IMG/VR virus record: IMGVR_UViG_3300013132_000036
Coordinates: 20,524 to 84,523 of that record
DNA: 64,000 bases
Strand: one strand, 5' to 3'
Source: a virus
A program made the position numbers and the translations under genes. Below the pieces are notes generated by a model. It was given only the letters and a program-made list of their open reading frames with translations, was not told the origin of the DNA and made no database searches. Shown here piece after piece: positions 46,069-54,800 of the stretch (within the stretch, counting starts at the first letter, position 1; the number at the start of each line of letters is the position of its first letter).

Positions 46069-47766
46069 TTAGTTTCCTGTTTTTAAAGAACTCTTAAGTA
46101 ATCCATTTACTCTTGAATTATAAGTGTAAGGAACAATTGCTCTTATGTCTATATTTATAGAGGAAAGAGTTTCCATACCTGCACCAAGATCATAGAATAT
46201 ACCATTCCTATCGTCCCATCCTCCTGATATAACGACTATTTCGTCCTTACCTATTATTATGTCCCCAAATTCATCAAATCCTATTTCAGGTGCATTAGGA
46301 TTTTGAGCTTTAGCAGCTTCATTTTCTTCACCAACAAAGTAAAGAGAAACTGAGTCTACTCCCTCGATTTCTTCCACAGCAGCAATTAGATCAGATTTTG
46401 GTATTTTATCTCTTCTTCTAATATTAAGGAAATAGTCACTAAGGGTGTTTGTTATTGTTGTTTTTATTGTGTCGGGATCATTGCCCTCAAACATTGTTAA
46501 AGCTATGTTTACAACGTATCTTTTTATAACAGGATCTAGTATTTTAACCTCCGTTGTAACTATCTTTTGTCCACTCTCATCCAAAAGCTGATATATCCTA
46601 TCCCTCTGTGGCTGTGTTAGTTTAAATCTAGAAACAGGGATATCAAAATATGTTTCGTTGCTTTTTAATGTTAATTGAATGTCAGGAACAAGTATTATAT
46701 ATATGACATTATCATCATCAATATACTGATCATCAAATGTTGTAAAAGCCTCTATTATAGAGAATTGTCCAAATTTTTCAAAGAATGTTATGTAGTTAGT
46801 TGGATTGGCTAAAACAAAACTCCTGGAGGTCTTAGGAGCTATTAATCTTGTTAAATCTACAGATTCTTGATTTGCTCCCATTTGAGGAGCAATTGTACAT
46901 GCAACTTGTAGAACCTCAGACAAACTAATAGTATTTCCAAATAAATCTGTACCTTCAGAATCAAAATTAAATATCACTTGGGAAGAATTTTCAACATTTA
47001 TATTGCCATTACCTCCGGATGATTCAAGGTAGGTTACCTCTATAACAGATCCTGCTGCAGGGGGTAATCCAAAATCTCTATTACCAAAGAAAATATCAAT
47101 TCCTGATATAATTGAACTTTTCACTAAGTATCCTAATCCGTTTCTTGGTATATCATATAGAGAATCATATCTCTTCCATTCTACTCCATTAACTTTAACA
47201 TACACTTCAAAGTTTTCTATACCTGAAGTACCTCTAGATGAGATATTAAAACTCTGTAGCAGTCCTCCACCTCCTGTATATCGATTAACAGCAAGGGTTC
47301 CTTCCATTATCGAACACGATAACTGGGAAGTACTGTCAAGATTTAATCTAGTGTATTCTTGAGGAAATTTAAGCAAATAAATTTTACCATTATTAACACA
47401 TTTTATTTGTGAGTTTCTAGGTATAAGAACTGCGCTTCCCCCTATATCCTCTATGTTTTTACCGTTCCATTTTATAGTAACTTCCCCTTTAGCTGATATG
47501 TTTCTAGTGGGGTTGTGTCCAGCTAATGTTGCTAAACCGTATATGGATGATTCCCTTGTAGCTGTGTTTATATTTAACTCTGTTATTGAGTCCTCTATAA
47601 AGAACAAAACAAATTGAGAAAGGTTGTCCAATACAAATATTATTTGTCCCCACACAGAAGCAACAGTAAACAACTGGTTGGACATTCCATATCTTGCTTG
47701 GATTAACTCAAATGTTTGAGATAATAAGTCCGATATTTTCGCTCTATTTTTTGGTATTAAATCCAT
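46069..47766 (-). CDS. gp6: Baseplate wedge protein, T4 gp6-like
   Basis: ELNINTATRESSIYGLATLAGHNP, IFFGNRDFGLPP, VTYLESSG..GN, GANQES. Confidence 0.8.
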   Translation of the reverse strand: MDLIPKNRAKISDLLSQTFELIQARYGMSNQLFTVASVWGQIIFVLDNLSQFVLFFIEDSITELNINTATRESSIYGLATLAGHNPTRNISAKGEVTIKWNGKNIEDIGGSAVLIPRNSQIKCVNNGKIYLLKFPQEYTRLNLDSTSQLSCSIMEGTLAVNRYTGGGGLLQSFNISSRGTSGIENFEVYVKVNGVEWKRYDSLYDIPRNGLGYLVKSSIISGIDIFFGNRDFGLPPAAGSVIEVTYLESSGGNGNINVENSSQVIFNFDSEGTDLFGNTISLSEVLQVACTIAPQMGANQESVDLTRLIAPKTSRSFVLANPTNYITFFEKFGQFSIIEAFTTFDDQYIDDDNVIYIILVPDIQLTLKSNETYFDIPVSRFKLTQPQRDRIYQLLDESGQKIVTTEVKILDPVIKRYVVNIALTMFEGNDPDTIKTTITNTLSDYFLNIRRRDKIPKSDLIAAVEEIEGVDSVSLYFVGEENEAAKAQNPNAPEIGFDEFGDIIIGKDEIVVISGGWDDRNGIFYDLGAGMETLSSINIDIRAIVPYTYNSRVNGLLKSSLKTGN

Positions 47767-47768
47767 CT

Positions 47769-48140
47769 TTATAATATTTTAATTCCTAATATAGGATTTC
47801 CTTTTATTGCAAAATCTATAATACAGGCATCTCTAGTTTCGCCCCTAATAAAACCAACTTGAAATTCAACATTAAAAAGGGAATAAGCTAAAGGCACGTA
47901 AGTAAGTAGGTGGAGATCTACTGCTCTTGTTAGAGTGTTCTGATCTACTTCAAGGTCAAAAATAAGACCTTCCAGATCTATTCCAAAATATGGATCTCCA
48001 AGAACTTCTCCTGGACTAGTAAGCATACAGTTTTTAATCATACCTATAAGTATTTCTACTTCATCATCGGTATGTAAAAGACCTTCCTTATAGTTTGGAT
48101 CGTCTGGATTTCTTGGATAAATTTCGGAATATCTTGCCAT
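47769..48140 (-). CDS. gp25: Baseplate wedge / sheath initiator, gp25-like
   Basis: IKNCMLTSPGEVLGDPYFGIDLEGLIFD; adjacent to the gp6-like gene. Confidence 0.8.
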   Translation of the reverse strand: MARYSEIYPRNPDDPNYKEGLLHTDDEVEILIGMIKNCMLTSPGEVLGDPYFGIDLEGLIFDLEVDQNTLTRAVDLHLLTYVPLAYSLFNVEFQVGFIRGETRDACIIDFAIKGNPILGIKIL

Positions 48141-48147
48141 CTTGTTC

Positions 48148-48155
48148 TATATATT
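48148..48155 (-). promoter_or_regulatory. Candidate late promoter AATATATA
   Basis: 7 nt upstream of the gp25-like ATG. Confidence 0.5.
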
Positions 48156-48173
48156 CAAAGAAAAATTAAAGGA

Positions 48174-48406
48174 TTATTTTATAGACTTTTCTCCTTTAGA
48201 ATTATAGATCCAAAACTCAAAATAAATTCCAAGATCCAGACATGCTTGTTTTTTTGTTTTGTTTATGGATATAATGAATCCAAAAAAGAAGTGAGAGATT
48301 TCAATTGCTTAATATCATTGGTATCCTTAGGAAGATCCCTCATAATAGTTCCAAAAGCTTTTCCTGATTTAGATCTCCACGATTGAATTTTTTCAAGTAT
48401 ACACAT
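48174..48406 (-). pseudogene. Internally deleted homing-endonuclease remnant
   Basis: 47-aa ORF 48263-48406 (MCILEKIQSW...LKSLTSFLDSLYP*), then in another frame INKTKKQACLDLGIYFEFWIYNSKGEKSIK*, resembling the C-terminus of phage PD-(D/E)XK endonucleases. Confidence 0.5.
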
Positions 48407-48449
48407 AAATTTTTTTATATGTATTATATATACAAAACCTATTAATATT

Positions 48450-49229
48450 TCAATTCCATTGAAGGAAATAACTTGGGGTGTTCTCGTCTTTTATCATTTG
48501 GATAATCTCTGTTTTTTCCGTGGTTCCTATAGTTTGTATATTATTATAGTTAACCCTAACACCTCCCGGGAGATTATATTCGAATGTACCTAATAATCTA
48601 CCGATATTAATCTTAGCCTCTGCCAAGCAGAATCTAACAAATAATTCGTCATCATATAGGTTTTCCTCTGGTATGTCTATATAAGCTCTAACTCCTACAT
48701 CGGTGCCAGTAAAAAGTGTTGAAGAACTTCCTCCATCTGTTTGGTATGTTCTATTAGGATCCCTACCTAGAATTGTTAGTCTTTTAGTATTTTTGTTATA
48801 ATTAAATGCGTAAGTTTCCAATAAGTAAGCTTTAGCAAGATCGAAGAAAGAGTATAGAACTGTTCTATAAACTAGGTTATCTCCAGCAAAAGGGGAAAGC
48901 ATAAGCTCAGAACCTAATAATTTAGAATCTCCAAAATCCTTATCTGGTGTACCAATCAAACCAGATCCATTTACTTCTCTTACTTCATATATAGATCTAA
49001 CGCACTGTGGCATTTGTATTTGTCTCGTAGCTCTAAATGCTTGTGTTGAAAATAATTCTCTACCTAAAACAAATATTCTGTCCTCTACTGCATACTGATA
49101 ATTGTCATAAAAATAAGCTCTAGCTCTTTTTATAATCCTTTTTATCTCTTGCTCGTTTAGATTATATGGTAAGGCGCAAGAATGAGAGATGTCATCTCTT
49201 ATCTCTTGGATTAAGTCTGCTTCAGTCAT
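48450..49229 (-). CDS. gp13: Neck / head-completion protein, T4 gp13-like
   Basis: LNEQEIKRIIKRARAYFYD, FNYNKNTKRL, IGRLLGTFEYNLPGGVRVN. Confidence 0.75.
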   Translation of the reverse strand: MTEADLIQEIRDDISHSCALPYNLNEQEIKRIIKRARAYFYDNYQYAVEDRIFVLGRELFSTQAFRATRQIQMPQCVRSIYEVREVNGSGLIGTPDKDFGDSKLLGSELMLSPFAGDNLVYRTVLYSFFDLAKAYLLETYAFNYNKNTKRLTILGRDPNRTYQTDGGSSSTLFTGTDVGVRAYIDIPEENLYDDELFVRFCLAEAKINIGRLLGTFEYNLPGGVRVNYNNIQTIGTTEKTEIIQMIKDENTPSYFLQWN

Positions 49230-49234
49230 GCTAT

Positions 49235-50677
49235 TTAATTATTTGATTTGAAATTTATTCCAGGTATACCGGAAGGCTTGGAGTTGTTATCAGAAAATCT
49301 AGTAGGCTGTGCAGGTTGATCCCCCTCATTTCTATTAGGGAATTGTTTTCTTTTTAAACTTCCTTTTAACTTCTTATCATCCTCTGCGTCATTAACAATT
49401 TCTGTTTCCGGTGATATACTAGCCAATTTTCCTATAAATCCAGATCTTATTATCCCACCAAATACTTCGCAGTTTATTTCTTTGTCCTTATTGTCGATAT
49501 AACTGTCATGGACTGTATTAGTAAAATAAAGATCTGAAAGCATTATCTTAGATCGATTCACCTCATTGTTTGTTATTAAATCGCATTCTTCTATTGTACA
49601 GTCGTTTAATTTACATGTAAACATTCTACAATTCAATATATTACCAGCTATCTCTCCCTCAAGAATATCATAATCTTTAAGAAGATATGCTCTAGTTGTT
49701 TTTATATCCTTAAGTTGAAATTTGCCCAAAGAGCTATCATAGTTTATAAGCCCCTCTTTTATATTATTTTCAACTATTAAATCGTAAAGAACTTCTCTTA
49801 TGGTAATGAAGAAAGATCTTAATATCTGAGTATCAGATCTTAGATCCACCATGATATTCATATGAGGATAATTTTTCTGAAATGTGTCAGGATCTATAAA
49901 GGTTGATGCGTTCTTGTAAATTTCATTTAAGAACATTCTTAACACCTTTAAGTCATTTTCTGTGAATCCATTATTGTATCTTAAAACACCTACAGTATAA
50001 GTTATTATATAATCTATTACCTCTTTTATTGAAGTGTATCTTTTCTGGTAGTCTTTCCCTCCTAAATATCTAACCTCAAAATATCCCTCAGGAAGTTTTA
50101 AGAAATTAATACCCATATTCTTCTCCAATGGTACCTCAAATAGATTTTTGTCTATAAAAGAAACATTAGTAGGATCAACAAACTTATTAACTGGAACTAT
50201 TCTTTTAATTGATTTGGCGTAAAGAGACCCGGATCTTTCTGGAAATCTTTTATAGATGAAGTTTTCATCAAAACCTAGAATATACTTAAGAGTATTAAGT
50301 TGATTCATCGGTGGGACATCTGGATAGATCGATGTGTCGACACTTAATCCAAATTGAAAAGCACACTTTCTATCAGTGTAACCATTCTCGTCTATCCATT
50401 TTAAGGTTTTAATTAGTATTACTATAGCCTCAAAATACGGAAGAGGACCCGTGATGAATTCTACCATCTTGGATCCTCCTGAGTAATCTGGTTCTAGTTT
50501 AAAAATATCCTTGGTAGGTTTAAAGCTAGAATGATATTTTTTAAAGAGAAGTACCTTTTTTCCTAACACCTTTCCTAATTCACTCGCTATCTCATTCCTA
50601 TTTAAGTTGCTGTAGAACTCAAATTCAAAACCTAGCTGAGTAGAGTAGAAAAAATCATTAGTAAGTAAATTAGCCAA
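49235..50677 (-). CDS. Amidoligase-2 (COOH-NH2 ligase)-like protein with repetitive C-terminal domain
   Basis: LGFEFEF, LEPDYSGG..MVEFITGPL, TDRKCAFQF, INF, YFEVRYLGG. Confidence 0.65.
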   Translation of the reverse strand: MANLLTNDFFYSTQLGFEFEFYSNLNRNEIASELGKVLGKKVLLFKKYHSSFKPTKDIFKLEPDYSGGSKMVEFITGPLPYFEAIVILIKTLKWIDENGYTDRKCAFQFGLSVDTSIYPDVPPMNQLNTLKYILGFDENFIYKRFPERSGSLYAKSIKRIVPVNKFVDPTNVSFIDKNLFEVPLEKNMGINFLKLPEGYFEVRYLGGKDYQKRYTSIKEVIDYIITYTVGVLRYNNGFTENDLKVLRMFLNEIYKNASTFIDPDTFQKNYPHMNIMVDLRSDTQILRSFFITIREVLYDLIVENNIKEGLINYDSSLGKFQLKDIKTTRAYLLKDYDILEGEIAGNILNCRMFTCKLNDCTIEECDLITNNEVNRSKIMLSDLYFTNTVHDSYIDNKDKEINCEVFGGIIRSGFIGKLASISPETEIVNDAEDDKKLKGSLKRKQFPNRNEGDQPAQPTRFSDNNSKPSGIPGINFKSNN

Positions 50678-50680
50678 CTT

Positions 50681-51808
50681 TTATTTCTCAATTAATTGTA
50701 TTTTAAGAGTAGAACTATCTACACTTAAGATCGAGAAATCAACCGATTGCCCAACCTCGTATTCTTTAATAGAGCTTACTAATTTCTCCTTTTCGATAAG
50801 GCCGGTTAATCCGTTTTCTATTTTTACAAAAACCCCGAAAGTTTTAATTTTAGTAACCTCTCCTTTATATATTTTCAAATTGGTATTTTCTCCTAAAACT
50901 TCGGACGAAGTATCCTTTATTTCCTGGATACTTTTCATTTTTTCATTCGGTTGTGTTGCTGATAAATTTATTCTTTGTGGATTTTTAATATCAATTACAT
51001 AGAATTCTATTGTGTCTCCAGTTTGATATTTTTCTAAAGATGACCTGTTAGAATCATCAATCGAAATTATACCAGTGTAGATCTCATTCCATTCAACAAA
51101 TACCCCATTGTTAGATAATCCAGTAACAACGCCTTCGTATCTAGTAGAGAATGATAGGTTCTGTACCTCTTTTTCTATAATTTTTCTAAGGTATTTTTTA
51201 AATGATACAACAAAAATATCTCTCTTTTGATCGTATACCTCAACCATTACAGTGAGTTCTTTACCTACATAGCCGGCAAAATTCATAATCCTGTTTGCTG
51301 CAGCAAGACTGCCAGGAAGGAAGCATTCTATTCCAGATAGATCCACCATAAATCCTCCGTTACAAACGTTCTTAACTCTAACCTTGAATGCACAATCTTC
51401 TTCTTTAATAGATCTATGTAGTTCTCTATTAAGTGCTTTTTCATATCCAGCAGAAATAGATCCATTAAATGCACCAGATGAATCTTTGTGTATCACCACA
51501 TCAAGGGATTGACCAGGATTTATCTCTATTGCAGGATATCCTAGTTTTCTCATATTTTTCTCCTCCTTTTTGGTGTCTATTATAATAGTCTGACCAAATG
51601 GGGTTTCCCCTAGAGCAACTCCTCTTTCATTATCAATAGAAGTTATGGTTATTTTCTCTGAAGAATTATTTTGTATGTCCTTTCCTGTTATTTTTTTATT
51701 TTCCTCCGGAAAGGTTCCATTATACATAGCTTCTAATCTTTCTCTTTCAGCTACGTCATAATCGAAGGAACTAAAATTTTTGTTTTTCATATTATTTGGG
51801 TTTATCAT
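50681..51808 (-). CDS. rpsA: Ribosomal protein bS1 homologue, four S1 domains
   Basis: D2-like GGFMVDLSGIECFLPGSL...GKELTVMV..YDQKRDIFVVS; YEGVVTGLSNNGVFVE; GEVTKIKTFGVFVKIENGLTGLI; N-terminal ERLEAMYNGTF resembles Bacteroidetes bS1. Confidence 0.85.
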   Translation of the reverse strand: MINPNNMKNKNFSSFDYDVAERERLEAMYNGTFPEENKKITGKDIQNNSSEKITITSIDNERGVALGETPFGQTIIIDTKKEEKNMRKLGYPAIEINPGQSLDVVIHKDSSGAFNGSISAGYEKALNRELHRSIKEEDCAFKVRVKNVCNGGFMVDLSGIECFLPGSLAAANRIMNFAGYVGKELTVMVEVYDQKRDIFVVSFKKYLRKIIEKEVQNLSFSTRYEGVVTGLSNNGVFVEWNEIYTGIISIDDSNRSSLEKYQTGDTIEFYVIDIKNPQRINLSATQPNEKMKSIQEIKDTSSEVLGENTNLKIYKGEVTKIKTFGVFVKIENGLTGLIEKEKLVSSIKEYEVGQSVDFSILSVDSSTLKIQLIEK

Positions 51809-51846
51809 TGTTTGTAGTATAAAATTGCATTAAAATTTCCAACAAG

Positions 51847-54800
51847 TTAATATTTTTTAGGATTAAAAGCTTTATTGAGTTCCTCGGGAAGTTCTGGTAT
51901 AGGATATACAGGATCTGCAGACCCAAAAAAGAATTTAAATAATCCAGATACATCAGCGGCGCTTCTTAAAAATTCGTCTATATAGATAACATAGTATGTA
52001 TTCCGAAGACTCATTCTTCTCCAAACCGGATGGTCGTCGCTCATTGCTATTGGGTTTATTATATTTAACACATTTCTTCCAATGAGTACTGCAAGAGGCC
52101 AAGGAATTTTAGAAATTAACTCGGATGAAGCAGTAACAACTGGTAAAACTATTTTATCAGGTAAAGGTGTTTTAGGAAGGCTTTTAAAGTATGTCCAGAA
52201 CAAACTATAAACTATTCTAGCTGGAGGAGGTGCACCTAATCCTATTAAAGCCTGCTCGATCATATCTGTTGGTCTAGCAGGGGGAAAAACAGGAACCTTT
52301 AATACATTTAAAAAAGGAGGAACGTCAGGGGAATCTGGATTTATCAGATTTGTAACTAGATTCTTACTTAACTTCTGTATGTCGCTAGGTTCAAGATTTA
52401 AAAATTTAGGAGAATTGACATCGTTTATTTCCGGTAATAGTTTCTCTAATGCTCCAGCGTCCAATGATTTCGTAAGACCCTCAATAAGAAAAGATTTTAT
52501 CTTAGATCCTGGAATAGTAATCTGTATAGTTCCACCAAGTCCAGGTATTTGTGTTAACTGATCTTGTTTAGGGGGAAAAACAGTGGGAAGTTCAAAAGCA
52601 GCCACAGCATTTCCAAATCCACCGTTAAGGGATCCGAGACAAGATAAAGGTCCTTTAGGATATGGAAATCTAGATATAAGAGGTTCTTCCTCATCTAAAG
52701 GTCTAACGGGATCAAAAGGACCTATCCTACTTAATCCTAATTTTTTAGAAACTAATTTTTTAAGATCTTTTACTCTTATTATTAAAATTGGATCCTCTCC
52801 CTCGTATCTAACATATCTAGAAAAATCCTCAGTAGTGTACTCTATTTTAGATAAGCCGTCCATGATTCTTATCTTCATTGCCTCTATAATAGGATTTTTT
52901 TTCTTTAAAAATTTAAGGGAACCTGGAGCAGAATTAGTTATTTTAATTTCTGGAAATTTGAACACTCCCTCGTATTCTCCACTCTCTACTACAGAAAAAG
53001 CACCATCTCTTACCTTTTTAATCACGGATAATTTATTCCCCCAAAGAATAGTACTAGTTATTAGTAAGGATGAACCTCTTATTTCTTTCACTAAATCACT
53101 AAATTCATCATCACTCATGGTTCTAGGATCTTTATCCTTTCTCATGAATATTTTGCTGGAATTAGCAACTTCAAAATTTTGTATTATGTATTTTGGTGGG
53201 CAAACTATTCTCATTAGTTTTAACACCTCTCTCATTTCATCCTTGAAGTTTATATAATCCGGACAATCAACAGGAACTAAACTAGCCCTCATTTCTTTTA
53301 GTATTCTAAGGGACTTTATTATACCAGGAATGTCTATCTTTAGCTTGTCCTTATCTTTAGGAAAATATATCGATTTAGGATCTGGTATACTCGTATTTAA
53401 ATAATCACTTATTACATTTTTTAAAGCATCCTTCCTTTGCCCTATTATACTTTTTAGTTCTTCAGTTTCCGAAGAAATATCAGGGGAGGGTAAATCTAGG
53501 AGAGCAGATTTATTTTTGTATTCTCTTTCTTTTTCCCTTATCTTATTTTTTAGTCCCCTTTCTTTTTCTTGTAGATCCCTAATTTTTTGTATATTACCCG
53601 GAGGAGGAACACTATCAAATATTTTAGTAATATTTGATTTTATATCACCTAGCACTCTAGCGGAAGAATCTAAATTATCCAGGCCAAATCCAGGAAGAGG
53701 AATTAATTTATCTGGCACCCCAAAAGATATCACCTGTTTTATTTTCTCTAAAGGATCTTTTATTCTAGGATCAGATTTTCTTGGTATAAATCTAGGACCT
53801 CTAATACCAGTTAGGAAAAATGAACTGCCCGTTATAAACTCTTTTATATAAACCATAGGTGTAGGCATGAATCCCCCAATAAAAGGTATAAAGATAACTA
53901 GTATTCCTAAATTAAATGGAAGAGGTATAAGTATAGGAGGAACTATAGTCCATATCATGGGCAAAGGAATCCTGATATACGGATTTCCATCTATAGGATT
54001 AGGAATCGGAATAGGGATAAAAGCAGGAGGCAAATATCCTACTGGCCAATATTTAAATCCCAATCTAATTGTAGGTCCTTGTGATAGAAAATATTTAGGA
54101 TCTTCTATTGGGGGAAGGCCATTAGGATAAGGAAGTATTCCGACTTTAGTAACATCCTTACAAAACTGTTTCCACCAGCATCTTTGAAACATTGTTGGAC
54201 AATCTGAGCTTGGTGGAGACGACAACAAATAATTGTCTGTTTTAAAATCCGATCCTGGCTCTCCACAACAAACTGGAGGACAGTTTTCTTTATCATCCTC
54301 AGCAGGGGGAGTATCAGCACCTGCACATTTTATATCAGAAAACCTTTTACCAACATTTTCTGGGTTAATTGTCTCGTTTATCTCGTCTACCTTCTGAGCA
54401 GAAAGAAGCATAAGTTCTTTTATCTGCTCATATTTCTTTTTTACATTAAAATAGTTTTCTAGTATTCTAATTCCTATAACATCAGAAGCGGGTAAAGTCT
54501 TTGCTAATCCCTCACCAGCTCTAATAGCTTGTGTTCTAAGATTCTGTAAAGCTGGGTTTATGTACTGGTTTTTATTCTCCAGATATTTAGCATTCCATTT
54601 AGTTTTAAAATTACTATAGAAATCAGTAAATATTGGGGTAGGTTCTCCCTCCGCTGTAAAACCAGCAGGTCTTGTTTTTGATGGATCCCTGGCATCATTA
54701 TCCCCTCTTTCTTCAGCAGTAAAAAATAACCAATTAGAAGATGATTTTTCTATAAGATTTCCATAAAGTATTCCTCTATCTTCAACTATTTTTTCAATTA

